Shown here: positions 1 through 9,306 of the stretch, piece by piece | Numbering within the stretch: position 1 is the stretch's first letter | Layout of the letters: every line of letters begins with the position of its first letter | Source: a virus | Taxonomy: Duplodnaviria > Caudoviricetes | Strand: one strand, 5' to 3' | Length of the DNA stretch: 58,004 nt | IMG/VR virus record: IMGVR_UViG_3300043636_000005 | Location: 1 to 58,004 of that record | Position numbers and translations under genes: made by a program | Notes under the pieces: generated by a model | Database searches by the model: none | What the model was told of the DNA's origin: nothing | Seen by the model: only the letters and a program-made list of their open reading frames with translations

Positions 1-127
1 GGGACGGTGTACGCCATGGCCTAGACGATCACGTCCGAGGCTTCGCCGGCGGCCAGGGTCTCGGGCTCGCCAGCGGCCTGTTCGGCGGTCTGGGCGGCGG
101 CTTGCTCGGCCAGCTCGGCGGCGTCGG
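1..127. repeat. Terminal direct repeat (circular assembly overlap), copy 1
   Basis: 1-127 is identical to 57878-58004 and falls inside contiguous genes. 127 bp is a typical assembler k-mer overlap. Confidence 0.95.
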
Positions 128-611
128 CCTGGGCGGCGATGCGGCGGTCATTGGCCTTCAGCGCATCGAAGGTCTCGACGGCCTTGGCGACCAGCTTGTC
201 GTGACCGGTCTTCGGATGGAAGGCCACGCCCGCATCGGTCAGGTAGGAGCGCAGGGCGGCGGCTTCCATCTTGTCGAAGTCCGGCCGCGCATCGAGCGGC
301 TCGTGCAGCTCGGCCGGTTCTTCGAAGCCGCCTTCCAGCGCCTCGCGGGCGATCCGTTCATTGACGGTCTCGGGGGTGACGATGGAGGCCGCCAGTTCGT
401 CGGTCGGACGCTTGGGGTTGATCACCACGCCATGGCGGGCCTCGGCGATGACGAAGTGCGGCGAATGGATCTTCAGCGCGTTGATTTCCAGGTCGCTGAC
501 GTCCAGCGCCGGCGAAGTCTCGTCAGGCTTGATGTAGTGGGTGAGGCCGCCCACGAGGTTGACGCCGCGCGGGCCGGTCTTGTCCTTATTGGTGATGTAG
601 TACAGCGCCAT
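21..611 (-). CDS. Head-module protein with HeH/LEM-like motif and C-terminal SDVIV tag
   Basis: Lies between capsid and head-tail adaptor genes. DKMEAAALRSYLTDAGVAFHPKTGHDKLV resembles HeH/LEM motifs. Confidence 0.6.
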   Translation of the reverse strand: MALYYITNKDKTGPRGVNLVGGLTHYIKPDETSPALDVSDLEINALKIHSPHFVIAEARHGVVINPKRPTDELAASIVTPETVNERIAREALEGGFEEPAELHEPLDARPDFDKMEAAALRSYLTDAGVAFHPKTGHDKLVAKAVETFDALKANDRRIAAQADAAELAEQAAAQTAEQAAGEPETLAAGEASDVIV

Positions 612-665
612 GATATCGCCTTCCGAGGGTTGGGTGAGCGGACTTCAACGCTGTAGCTACCACGG

Positions 666-694
666 AAAAGGGCCCCGGATCACTCCAGGGCCCT
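666..694 (-). terminator. Rho-independent terminator after the major capsid gene
   Basis: Minus strand AGGGCCCTGGA-gtga-TCCGGGGCCCT followed by TTT. Confidence 0.7.
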
Positions 695-725
695 CGTCTA
701 TGTCGCACGTCTGTGGGTGTCGGGC

Positions 726-1664
726 TTAGAACCCGTCGCGATAGCTGATGGTCTTCGGCAAGCGGACTTCCGTCCCGCCCAGGTTCATGAGGCCGACGAC
801 TTCCCAGCTCATCGAATTGACCTGATAGGGGGCGAGGAACTCGTGGTCGCCGGGCAGGTAGAATTGCACGGCTTCCGGCGAAGCGCTGAACGCCACCATC
901 CGGCGCGTCCCGCCCGAACCGGCGGTCTCCAGGTCGCGCAGACCGCGGATCACCAGCGGTTGGCCGGTCTCCAGCGTATAGGCGTTGTTTTCGCGAACGA
1001 ACTTCAGGAGGGTGTCGGAGGTCGACCCCATCCGCTTGCCGGCCATGCCTTGAATGGCGGTGGTCGGCAGGAGCAGGCGGTTGGCGATCTCCGTCTGATT
1101 GGTGTTGTTGGTCACGTCGTAAAGCGCGGTGTTGATGTCCGCCAGGGTCTCGTCGGCGGTCTTCAGCGGCCAGGAGACCCCCGAGGCGCCGGCGGCGACG
1201 TTGGCGGTGGGAATGCCCGCGGTGTTGATCAGGCCGCTCCAGCCCTTCTCGGCGTGGCCCGAAATGGCGATGTTGTACTGGAAGGCCTGGGCGATCTTGG
1301 AGGCCGCCAGGGCCTTGCTGGCGGGCAGGTTGGTGCCCATCCGCTCGGCGCGCTTCAGCTCTTGCAGCGACCATTCATAGCCGATGGCGGCCAGATGGTT
1401 TTCCCGCAGGAACTGGGTCTGGCTGACGTCGGCCATCGGCACGTCATTGCCGCGACCGGAGATGAACTCGGCCTTACCAGCGATATCGCCGCTGTAGAAG
1501 ACCGAACCCATCTCCCACATGTCGCCTTCGGTGTTGACCGGCAGGATGGCGGCGTAATCGAACGCCGGATACTTCGTCTGATAGACGGTGTTTTCGATGC
1601 GATATTGCATCGGGGTCAAGAAGCCGAGCGCCTGTTGGGCGTCCGCGAAGTTAATCTCACGCAT
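726..1664 (-). CDS. Major capsid protein (DUF2184 family)
   Basis: 312 aa with AIGYEWSLQEL, GWSGLIN and GGTEVRLPKTISYRDG motifs. Follows the decoration and DUF2213 genes. Confidence 0.9.
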   Translation of the reverse strand: MREINFADAQQALGFLTPMQYRIENTVYQTKYPAFDYAAILPVNTEGDMWEMGSVFYSGDIAGKAEFISGRGNDVPMADVSQTQFLRENHLAAIGYEWSLQELKRAERMGTNLPASKALAASKIAQAFQYNIAISGHAEKGWSGLINTAGIPTANVAAGASGVSWPLKTADETLADINTALYDVTNNTNQTEIANRLLLPTTAIQGMAGKRMGSTSDTLLKFVRENNAYTLETGQPLVIRGLRDLETAGSGGTRRMVAFSASPEAVQFYLPGDHEFLAPYQVNSMSWEVVGLMNLGGTEVRLPKTISYRDGF

Positions 1665-1714
1665 CGTTTTGGCCTTTCAAGGCGCTAGAGGCTGAAGGGG
1701 TGAAGGGCGCCCGG

Positions 1715-2194
1715 TTAGGCTTGGTCGTCCTGGCGGATGCGGATGCGGACGAGACCCGCGGCGGTGATGGTGTCTTCGTAGCGGGCCGGCAGGATGAAGT
1801 TCACCCCCGAGGCGCTGACGTTGGTCAGCAGGCCGGCCGGCGTCACATAGACCTGATCGCCATCGGCCACCGCCACCGACGCCGCCACCCAGATGCAACC
1901 TTCGTCCAGCAGCGGGGCGGATGAATATTGCTTGTGCAGGTCGGTCGACGGCGAGGCCGGGGTGGCCTGGACGTCGTGGCGCACGATGGTGAAGCCCATG
2001 AAGGCGTTCAGCGCCGGGGTGGCGGTGCAGCCGCGGTCGCCCGCGCCGCGAAACGCCGGCTTGCCAAAGCCGATGCCGGCGGCGTCTTCCACCGTGCGGG
2101 AGAGCACGTTGCGATTGCGGGTGTCGGCGATCATGCCGGCGAAACCCGAGGGAATGGACGTGGTGTAGGTGGACTGAACGGTGTTGAGGGTCAT
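1715..2194 (-). CDS. Head decoration/cement protein
   Basis: 159 aa immediately upstream of the capsid gene. GFAGMIAD, IGFGKPAFRG and GCIWV...VADGDQVYV pattern. Confidence 0.75.
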   Translation of the reverse strand: MTLNTVQSTYTTSIPSGFAGMIADTRNRNVLSRTVEDAAGIGFGKPAFRGAGDRGCTATPALNAFMGFTIVRHDVQATPASPSTDLHKQYSSAPLLDEGCIWVAASVAVADGDQVYVTPAGLLTNVSASGVNFILPARYEDTITAAGLVRIRIRQDDQA

Positions 2195-2232
2195 GGGACC
2201 TTAATCTCCAGGGAGTTGCAGGGGGCCGAGGC

Positions 2233-3390
2233 TTAGGCTTCGGCCTTGGCCGAGAGATAGGCCGTGGACTTGCTGTCGCGCCGCGCCGCATAGGCGGTGT
2301 TGCGCTGGGTGAGGGGGTCGCTGTCGACGGTGGCGACACCCTGGCGGACGACGGCGGCGACGCCATCGCGTTGTTCGGTCTTCACCACGCCGGCGGTCAG
2401 CAGCCGGAAGGCGCCTTCCACCGAAGCGTCGGCGAACTTCGTCGCGTCGGCGGCGTCGGGGAGCTTCACGGCCACGGCCGCGCGCATGATCGCGCCATTG
2501 TCCATCCCGTCGCCGGTGAAGGCGTCGCCGAGCAAGGGCTTGGCGGCGGTGATCACGCCGGCCCGCACCGCGGCGGCCTTGGCCAGGGTCGCGGGGTTGG
2601 TGGCGTCGACCAGTTGCGCGCCGAGCGCGGCGATCTCGCCGTCCTTGGTGGCGACGGTGGCGGTCAGCGTGCCGACCTGGGCTTGGCTGGCCGCCAGGGT
2701 GGTGGCGGCGTCGGCCATCTGGCGTTGCAGCCGGGTGATCACAGCTTCGGCCGCGTCCGAGACGTCGGAAACAGGGATGCCGTCAACAAAAATGGTCTTC
2801 ACTTTGGTCTCCTGGGGTTGGGGGGTCTTGCCGTCACCGAAGACGAGGGCGGCGCCCCCGCGGGCTTGGTCACACAGCGCAAGGTGGTTGCACCGGATGT
2901 TGGTCATCTTGGCGTCGAAGCGCTGGCCGGCGTCGAGCTGGCCGTCTGGGACCACGCCGTCCTCAAGCACCAACTCGGAGCCATAGCCCCAGGACAGTTC
3001 GCGCTTGCCGGCCTTGAAGTCTGCAATGGCGCCGGCGTCCATCATCAGCAGCGGGACGCGGACGAAGTCGCCATCACGGGCGATATCGCTTCCGGCGTTG
3101 CCGATGGAGTGGTCTTTCCAGTTCTTGGACGAGACGCTCTCGGCCGGGTGGCCGTTGGTCATCGGCCGGTACGCCATGGAGGCCAGGGCGTCGGCGGCGA
3201 ACACCTCTTCCGGCGGCCGATAGACCCGGATGACGTCGGAGCCGGCCCGGTCGGTGAAGCCCAGGTCGCGGGCGGTGTAGAGCTGAATTCCGGTGCGCGC
3301 CGTGCGGGCGTTGGCCACGAGGTAGCCGTCCCGCGTCTCGCGGACGGACGCGGCGTCGATGGTCAGGGCGTCGGAGAGCTGAATGTGCAC
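2233..3390 (-). CDS. DUF2213 capsid maturation protease/scaffold
   Basis: DGYLVANARTARTGIQLY, VYRPPEEVF, PMTNGHP, RELSWGY and NHLALCDQARGG motifs, with a helical C-terminal scaffold. GTG start at 3390 is more likely than 3450. Confidence 0.85.
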   Translation of the reverse strand: MHIQLSDALTIDAASVRETRDGYLVANARTARTGIQLYTARDLGFTDRAGSDVIRVYRPPEEVFAADALASMAYRPMTNGHPAESVSSKNWKDHSIGNAGSDIARDGDFVRVPLLMMDAGAIADFKAGKRELSWGYGSELVLEDGVVPDGQLDAGQRFDAKMTNIRCNHLALCDQARGGAALVFGDGKTPQPQETKVKTIFVDGIPVSDVSDAAEAVITRLQRQMADAATTLAASQAQVGTLTATVATKDGEIAALGAQLVDATNPATLAKAAAVRAGVITAAKPLLGDAFTGDGMDNGAIMRAAVAVKLPDAADATKFADASVEGAFRLLTAGVVKTEQRDGVAAVVRQGVATVDSDPLTQRNTAYAARRDSKSTAYLSAKAEA

Positions 3391-3511
3391 GGCGAGAACT
3401 ACCCCTTGAGGTCTGTCCTGTGTGTGCCACACGATCTTGCGCCATGCCACCGCTTGGCTTTGCGACGGATGCGCCCGCCGCGAAGGGCGGTTGATATCTC
3501 GCCCTCAACGC

Positions 3512-3829
3512 GAAACGCCCCCAGGCGTGAACCGGGGGGCGTCTCCGGCCCGCCGGGGGCCGATACGGCGGAACTCTCATCCGCTTGCGCCGACAGGGTC
3601 TCACAAACCCGCCGGGGCTAGGGGCTTTCCACCCCTCTTGCAGGCTCGGGCCCATCCGCGGGACGACCGATATCCAGCGACCCCAGTTGCCGAGCGTGCG
3701 TTAGGCCACACCCCGGCAAAGGAACCGCCACCTGTCCGGCCTGGGTCGTCACCCTGGCTCGTGGCGCCCTTCGCATTCTGCGTCGGGCCCCCTGGAGCTT
3801 ATGGCCGAAGCCGCCCCCAGGGCGAAGCC
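3512..3829 (-). ncRNA. Candidate structured non-coding RNA
   Basis: No credible ORF. Many nested helices with UUCG, GAAA, GCAA and GUGA loops, an upstream TTGACG promoter and a downstream GC hairpin. Confidence 0.5.
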
Positions 3830-3859
3830 GTGATATCACCGCGTCCGGCTCGGCGTCAA
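3830..3859 (-). promoter_or_regulatory. sigma70-like promoter with GTGATATCAC at the -10 position
   Basis: Minus strand TTGACG-N14-GTGATATCAC. Confidence 0.6.
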
Positions 3860-4011
3860 GCGGCGTGCTGGCCGTGGCCGGTGGCGTCCTCGATCTCCAC
3901 GAAGCCGGGGGCTTGGCCGCCTTCGATGGTGTCGTTCCCCGGCGCCGGGTTGACGATCTCTTCGGCCGGGGCCTTCTCGGGCGCGTCGGCCGGGGGCTTG
4001 GGGTCGCTCAT
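3856..4011 (-). CDS. Small acidic hypothetical protein (51 aa)
   Basis: ATG overlaps the portal stop (TAATG). MSDPKPPADAPEKAPAEEIV...GHGQHAA. Not in the supplied ORF track. Confidence 0.55.
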   Translation of the reverse strand: MSDPKPPADAPEKAPAEEIVNPAPGNDTIEGGQAPGFVEIEDATGHGQHAA

Positions 4012-6014
4012 TAGACGATCTCCTCGAAAACTTCAGGGGCGAACAGGAAGCGCCCAACGTAGGGTTTGAGTTTCATCACGTCGAGTTCGTCGCTCTTGCG
4101 GAACGAGACGTGCGGCCGGTACTCGCGATGCGACGGGACCGCGCCGGCCTCGACAATCTGGTCGTAGCGCCATTGCAGTTCGGACGAGTTGAACTCTTGC
4201 ACGTCGCTGTCGCCGAGCTGTTCCACCACCCTCGGGCCGCCGGGCGGGATCAGCAGCCGGCCGTTGTCGGTGCGCGACCAGTCGGCCGGGACCTTCATCC
4301 AGTCGACCGGGATCAGCGAATACATCACGGTCACATGCAGGTCGCCGGCCGCCATGAGGTCCTCCACGCCCTGGCCGCGCCAATGGTTGAGGAACTCTTG
4401 CGGGTTGAGCAGCTTGCGCGAGACGTAGAGCGAGCGCGGGGTGGCGTCGCGCACCTCATCCAGGCTGATCGTCCGCAGGGTCAGGACCTCGTCGCCTACG
4501 GTGACCGTCCGCAGGCCGGTGATAGCTTCGGCGTCCAGCGCCGCCAGACCGTCCTTGGCGGCCTTCTGTGCGCCCCGGCGGGTGGCCCTGGCCGCAGACT
4601 GTCCTGGCTTGGACGGGGAAGCCCCCAGCGTCGGGGTGGCGGCCTTGGCGGTGGCCACGAGCGTGGCGTTCTTGGCCATCTCCACCGCCGGGAGCGGCGA
4701 GGTGCTGGCCGAGACGTTGTCGGCGAGGCCTGGGAAGGTCGCGCGCTCGTTCAGTTCGGACACCAGGGTCTTGGCGAGGGCGTCGTGCTGGATGAGCCCG
4801 GTGGTGGCGAGGATGTTGTAGGTGTCGGCGGTCAGGTTATCGAGTTCGGCCTGTTCCTGCGGCGTGGTCTCGGCCAGCGGGTTGAAGCTGAACGAGGCCT
4901 TGACGTCCTTCACGCCGGCCGAGGGCAACAGATAGGCGTCCATCCGCTCCAGTCGTCGGCGCAGTTCGGTGTCCTGGCGGCCCTTGACCATGGCCAGGAA
5001 GTTCTTCTCGTCGTGCTCGCCGGTGGCGTTCATGCCCTTAGGCGGCGCGCCCACGAGGCGGGTCAAGGGCATGTCGGCGGCGCCGGCGACCATCTGCAGA
5101 AAGGTCATGATCAGGTCCGGAAGGCCGCCGAAGCTCAGTTGCCGGGTTTCCCATTTCTCGCCGCTGCCCTCTGTGCCGTCGCCGCTGTCCAGGGTCACGG
5201 CGCGGAACTGCGAGCGCATCAGCTTGGCGACCTGGAGCCGCTTGGCCAAGTCCTTCTCGCCCTTGGCCGTGGACACCATGGAGGTCAGGCCGGGAATGCC
5301 GATGATATCAACCAGGGCCTCGGGGATCATCGCCGCCACCCCGCCCATGGCGGTCTCGGCGTCCATGATGGCGCTGTTGATCGCCTCCAGCTTCGGCAGA
5401 CCCCAGACCACGTCTTGCGCCAGCGTGCCGGTGCTGAGCTTAGTCGCCGGGACGCCGGGGAAGATCAGCACCCGCGAGGGGTGGACGTCCTGTTGGGTCC
5501 GGCCGGCGGCGGTGAGCTGGAACATCGTCGGCAAGCCGAAGCCCTCGGATTGCAAATCGCTGTCGAGTTCGTTGAAGGTCAGGTGATCGCGGGTGGTGAC
5601 ATAGAGGTACTTCAGGCCGCGCGGGCCGACCGTAGGCGGCGCCGGGGTGGCGGCGTCGCCATCGAGCCCCATGATGATCGCCGCCCCGCCCCGCAGCGCG
5701 CCCAGGCGCAACGCCTCATGGAACACCTCGCGGACGTTCAGCCGCTTCTCCTCGTCGCCGATGGCGTCGGCTTCCTTGCCCTCCAGGTTCCAGGCCCGCC
5801 AGTTCTTGGTCATCTCGGCAGGGATGACGTCGTGGATTTTGCGGACCAGCCAGGAGGACCGATAGGCGCTGTCGATCTCCACCGCGCTGAGTTGGCGCCC
5901 GGCGATGCTCCACCCGGAATAGGATCGCTTGTCGCGCTCCGTCCCCTGGCCGGTGACGACGTTCGCGAGCCCGTCTGTCGGGTTCACGGTGCGGGGGGAT
6001 GCGTCGTCGGCCAT
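4011..6014 (-). CDS. Portal protein (DUF1073 type) fused to a C-terminal 2H phosphoesterase (Acb1-like)
   Basis: AYRSSWLVRKIHDVIP and AGAADMPLTRLVGAPPKGMNATGEHD portal motifs. The last ~140 aa carry HVT (4329-4337) and HVS (4104-4112). Confidence 0.85.
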   Translation of the reverse strand: MADDASPRTVNPTDGLANVVTGQGTERDKRSYSGWSIAGRQLSAVEIDSAYRSSWLVRKIHDVIPAEMTKNWRAWNLEGKEADAIGDEEKRLNVREVFHEALRLGALRGGAAIIMGLDGDAATPAPPTVGPRGLKYLYVTTRDHLTFNELDSDLQSEGFGLPTMFQLTAAGRTQQDVHPSRVLIFPGVPATKLSTGTLAQDVVWGLPKLEAINSAIMDAETAMGGVAAMIPEALVDIIGIPGLTSMVSTAKGEKDLAKRLQVAKLMRSQFRAVTLDSGDGTEGSGEKWETRQLSFGGLPDLIMTFLQMVAGAADMPLTRLVGAPPKGMNATGEHDEKNFLAMVKGRQDTELRRRLERMDAYLLPSAGVKDVKASFSFNPLAETTPQEQAELDNLTADTYNILATTGLIQHDALAKTLVSELNERATFPGLADNVSASTSPLPAVEMAKNATLVATAKAATPTLGASPSKPGQSAARATRRGAQKAAKDGLAALDAEAITGLRTVTVGDEVLTLRTISLDEVRDATPRSLYVSRKLLNPQEFLNHWRGQGVEDLMAAGDLHVTVMYSLIPVDWMKVPADWSRTDNGRLLIPPGGPRVVEQLGDSDVQEFNSSELQWRYDQIVEAGAVPSHREYRPHVSFRKSDELDVMKLKPYVGRFLFAPEVFEEIV

Positions 6015-6192
6015 GCGGAGGCTCCACAGCAAAGGTGGGGCCATAGTTAGCCGATATCAGGGGGAGGCGGAACGCGGCGCGGGGCGCTCGGGCGTTCGAA
6101 AGGGTGGGCGACCGGCTTGGAGAGGGCACTCCAGCCGGTCGCCCGAGTTTGCTGTGGTGGTGGGGACGCCCAGACTGGGCCCTAGTTGGCTA

Positions 6193-6483
6193 TCAGAGCG
6201 CGCGGGCCATGTGAAGCGAGGCGATATCGCGCAACGCCCGCGGCCGGTAGCCTGCGCACATGGCGTTGATGGCGACGCGGATCGGCCCGCTGATATCACG
6301 CCGCGCGTGCTCCATCTGGACGATGAACTCGCGGCGCCGCTCGGGCGGGCCGGTCAACTCCAGGGCGTCGGCCAGCTCCAGGCACGAGACCGGGCGGCCA
6401 ATCCCGAGCTGGCGACCCAGGAACTCCCGCGCGGCGGTGATCACGCGCGGGTCGCACCCTTCGATGAGGAATGGCGTTTTCAT
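6193..6483 (-). CDS. Putative HTH DNA-binding protein
   Basis: XRE-like pattern SCLELADALEL...IVQMEHARRDISGP. Start overlaps the upstream stop. Confidence 0.5.
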   Translation of the reverse strand: MKTPFLIEGCDPRVITAAREFLGRQLGIGRPVSCLELADALELTGPPERRREFIVQMEHARRDISGPIRVAINAMCAGYRPRALRDIASLHMARAL

Positions 6484-6776
6484 CAGGTCAGACCGTGCAG
6501 AGCTTCCGAGACCCGGCCGCCATCGACGTTGAAGGCGCGGCCAATCTCGCGGTAGGAGGCGATCGGGTGGGCCTTTGCGTAGGCGCGGATTTCTTCGGCG
6601 AGGTCCGGCGTCGCCACCCTTGCCGAGATGGGCGCGCGCGGCTTGGCCGGCTTGCGCCGCACGGTCTCCATCGCCAGGGCGTCTAAGCGATCCGCCCAGG
6701 CGGAAAAGCCAGCGGCGCGCATATCAGCCGCGAGAACGATCATATCCGCGCGCACCGCGGGAATGCCGCGCTTCAC
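6483..6776 (-). CDS. HTH-containing protein
   Basis: C-terminal ASYREIGRAFNVDGGRVSEALHG helix-turn-helix. Confidence 0.6.
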   Translation of the reverse strand: MKRGIPAVRADMIVLAADMRAAGFSAWADRLDALAMETVRRKPAKPRAPISARVATPDLAEEIRAYAKAHPIASYREIGRAFNVDGGRVSEALHGLT

Positions 6777-7132
6777 TGGAAGGCCTCAAAGCCCGGCAGG
6801 ATGATGGGCGAGGACCGGTGGCCGGGCGGCGGCGCCTCCACGAACTTGACCCCGAACACCATCAGCGGCCGGTTGGGATTGCCGTCGCGCGGCCGCTTCG
6901 GAACCGTGCGGCTCTGGCGCTCGTGAAACTCCAGCGCGTGTTCCTCGTTCGGAAACACCTTGGCGTCCTCGATCTTGCCCGTCCACTCGGCGAACCCCTG
7001 GCCGCCCAAGGCCTCGTGATCGGCGTCTTTCAGATAGAGCCCATACGGCCCATCGGTGATCGCCACCCGGCCGACCACCCCCATGCATTGAATGACCACG
7101 CCGCGCTCGCGCCGCGCTTTCGCTTCGCCCAT
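6773..7132 (-). CDS. Hypothetical protein
   Basis: MGEAKARR start with GGAG RBS. Stop overlaps the next gene. Confidence 0.6.
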   Translation of the reverse strand: MGEAKARRERGVVIQCMGVVGRVAITDGPYGLYLKDADHEALGGQGFAEWTGKIEDAKVFPNEEHALEFHERQSRTVPKRPRDGNPNRPLMVFGVKFVEAPPPGHRSSPIILPGFEAFQ

Positions 7133-7133
7133 G

Positions 7134-7394
7134 TCAGTTCTCCGTTGCGATCTTGGAAGGGTAGGCGAGCCCGCTACCGCCGAACATATGGCCGCACGGG
7201 CAGACCTTGCCGCCGCCGGACAGGCTCCAGGCGTAGGCTTCGAACGTCTCGCCGCCGAACGGGCAGACGATCCGCCAGAATGAGCGACCATTGGGGCGCG
7301 GGTGATATTGTCCGGCAAACGGCCGACCTGCGGCGTGATCGGCGGCGCCCCAGGAGGTTCGCTTATGGCCGGGGGATTTCGTCCCCGGCTTCAC
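7134..7394 (-). CDS. Hypothetical Cys-containing protein
   Basis: CPFGG...CPCGH possible zinc ribbon, in the operon. Confidence 0.5.
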   Translation of the reverse strand: MKPGTKSPGHKRTSWGAADHAAGRPFAGQYHPRPNGRSFWRIVCPFGGETFEAYAWSLSGGGKVCPCGHMFGGSGLAYPSKIATEN

Positions 7395-7608
7395 AGCGCA
7401 CCCGTCAGGCGATGCGGAAGGCCACGAAGATCAGCAGCGCGAGCGTGAGGTAGACCACCGCGACCGACAGCGTCGCCATGCGAACGGCCTCGGGCCGGTG
7501 GTGCGGTCGGCGATGGAAGGTGGCTTGCATGGGGCTGGCGCGGGCTCCGTCCTCCCGCACTAGAAGCGAATTCGGTCATAACTGTGTTCCCTGGCGGTGA
7601 TGGCTGAC

Positions 7609-7908
7609 TTAGCGGCGCTTGCGCCATCCGCCGAAGCCGTTCGGCTCATAGTCCCGCTCGCGGAGCTGCATCAGCGTATCTCGGCGATACATCGTGCCGT
7701 CGTGCTCAATGTGCAGATCATCGACCGCGAAGACCGGCTCGGCGCCGTAGGGCCCCGACGTAACGCCGATGGGGAGGCCTAGCCGATAGGTAGTGAATTC
7801 GCCGCCGCGGATGGGATGGCCAACCGATGTGCAAATGGTGTCGCCGGCCTTCACGTCAGCGCCGCAGCTCAGCGCCTCGCGGCCTTCGAAGGTGAACCAA
7901 ACGGTCAT
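7609..7908 (-). CDS. Hypothetical protein
   Basis: GGAG RBS, downstream of the 8021 promoter and a leader hairpin. Confidence 0.55.
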   Translation of the reverse strand: MTVWFTFEGREALSCGADVKAGDTICTSVGHPIRGGEFTTYRLGLPIGVTSGPYGAEPVFAVDDLHIEHDGTMYRRDTLMQLRERDYEPNGFGGWRKRR

Positions 7909-8020
7909 CGTCTCGTCTCCATGACGTGGGCCGGTGGCCCGATGAGGGGTCGGGGGCGGCGCTGACGGGGTGTTATGGACCCCTCAGACTTCCGCGGGCT
8001 GAACCGTCGCCCCCGACGTC

Positions 8021-8065
8021 GTGATATCACCCGAACCGGCAGGCGGCGTCAAGCGGCGATATCAC
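8021..8065 (-). promoter_or_regulatory. Promoter flanked by two GATATC palindromes
   Basis: Minus strand GTGATATCGC-cgc-TTGACG-N16-GTGATATCAC. Confidence 0.6.
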
Positions 8066-8358
8066 GCGACGTGTTGGCCGCACGGGCCTTTTTGCTCGGG
8101 CCGGTGGAGGCTGATCGACAGCCTGGAGGTGACGGTGGTCTGGGTGACCGCCACGACCTCCACCGGGTGACCGTGGCGGGCGAGGCCCTCGGCGACAAAC
8201 ACCGCTGTCTCCAGGATCGTCAGGCCCCGCATATGGACGTAGCCATCTTCGGTCCAGGCCGACGACAGTTGCGATGGCGCCGAGAGCCCGGTGGCGATGA
8301 TGTCAAAGGTCACGGTGGAGAGGGTTTCTTCCCCGCGGTGGTCGCTGCGATTGGTCAT
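8062..8358 (-). CDS. Hypothetical protein
   Basis: CCAGGAGCC RBS before ATG. Confidence 0.55.
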   Translation of the reverse strand: MTNRSDHRGEETLSTVTFDIIATGLSAPSQLSSAWTEDGYVHMRGLTILETAVFVAEGLARHGHPVEVVAVTQTTVTSRLSISLHRPEQKGPCGQHVA

Positions 8359-8416
8359 GATGGCTCCTGGGGTTGCGGTTTCGTGATATCGCGCGCGGGT
8401 TAACTGGTGGTGAAGA

Positions 8417-8788
8417 TCAGCCGCGCTCGCCGATGAACTCCGCCAACAGAGCCCGCCAGTCCGGCCACAGCGCCGGGCGGTCGACCTTGCGCAGGATCGT
8501 CGGCGCCGGGGTCAGCGGCGCGCGGTAAGCGATGGGCGCCACCGGGCGCAGAGGCGGGCCGACACGGTCCACCCGACACCAGACCTTGCGCGGCGGCGCC
8601 GGCATGGTCCGGTAATCGCTCCCCTCGCGCGGCCAGACGTAGGTGTCGCTGATCGTGCTCGGGTAGGCGTCGCCTATGTCGACGTCCAGACAGCGGGCGG
8701 TCTCGACGTACTGGCCAGAGCCAGCCACCGCAGGTCCGGCCATAGCCAGGGCGGCGATGAGGGCGAGGCCCAGGGCTTCAGTCTTCAT
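8417..8788 (-). CDS. Hypothetical protein with signal peptide
   Basis: MKTEALGLALIAALAMAGPAVA resembles a Sec signal. Confidence 0.55.
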   Translation of the reverse strand: MKTEALGLALIAALAMAGPAVAGSGQYVETARCLDVDIGDAYPSTISDTYVWPREGSDYRTMPAPPRKVWCRVDRVGPPLRPVAPIAYRAPLTPAPTILRKVDRPALWPDWRALLAEFIGERG

Positions 8789-9110
8789 GGCTGGGCTCTA
8801 TCCGCTTGAGGAGGGGGACGGGGCGGGTGACGTAAAGGCCGGTGTCATGCGTACCCCAGGCGTATTCGCCATGAAGGGCGATCACTTCGATTATGTTGCC
8901 GCCGTCATCCACCACCCGATCCCCGACAGCTATCGGAGCCTCTAGGATCTCGATCTTGAAGGTTGGGGCGGAGAGTTCAGCGGGGGTGAAATCGGTTTCT
9001 GGACAGCCGCCGTCGAGTTGAACGGTCAGGAAGCCGCCGTCATCGACCTCCGTCGCCACCCCCTCCATGGTCAGCCGGACGCGGTCTCCTGGCTTGGGTT
9101 CAGGCTTCAT
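8778..9110 (-). CDS. Hypothetical protein (two SH3/KOW-like repeats)
   Basis: KPGDRVRL and AVGDRVVD repeats. Overlapping operon structure. Confidence 0.55.
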   Translation of the reverse strand: MKPEPKPGDRVRLTMEGVATEVDDGGFLTVQLDGGCPETDFTPAELSAPTFKIEILEAPIAVGDRVVDDGGNIIEVIALHGEYAWGTHDTGLYVTRPVPLLKRIEPSHED

Positions 9111-9306
9111 GGTCGGCGGCGCTCCAGACGTAGGGCTCAGGGATCGCCTGACCGTCCTTCAGGGGCTCACCCTCGTAGGTGTAGCTTTCGCGCTCAGGTC
9201 CGACGCAATGGTCATGGACGACGCCGCCGCTCTCATCGGGATAGTAGCGGTCGCCGATCTCAAGCGGCTTGAGACAGGCGATGCATTTCGCAGCTTCAGG
9301 CTTCAT
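9100..9306 (-). CDS. Hypothetical Zn-finger protein
   Basis: CIAC...HDHC. Confidence 0.55.
   Translation of the reverse strand: MKPEAAKCIACLKPLEIGDRYYPDESGGVVHDHCVGPERESYTYEGEPLKDGQAIPEPYVWSAADHEA

Noticed and set aside
3512-3829. tmRNA, tRNA or hammerhead identity for the structured region
   Set aside because: I found no T-arm/CCA end, tag reading frame or CUGAUGA/GAAA core in the required arrangement.
4110-6050. Long plus-strand ORFs such as 4110-6050, 18077-19708, 22262-24826, 44284-45864 and 54521-56050
   Set aside because: Antisense shadows of well-supported minus-strand genes in GC-rich DNA, with no recognisable motifs.
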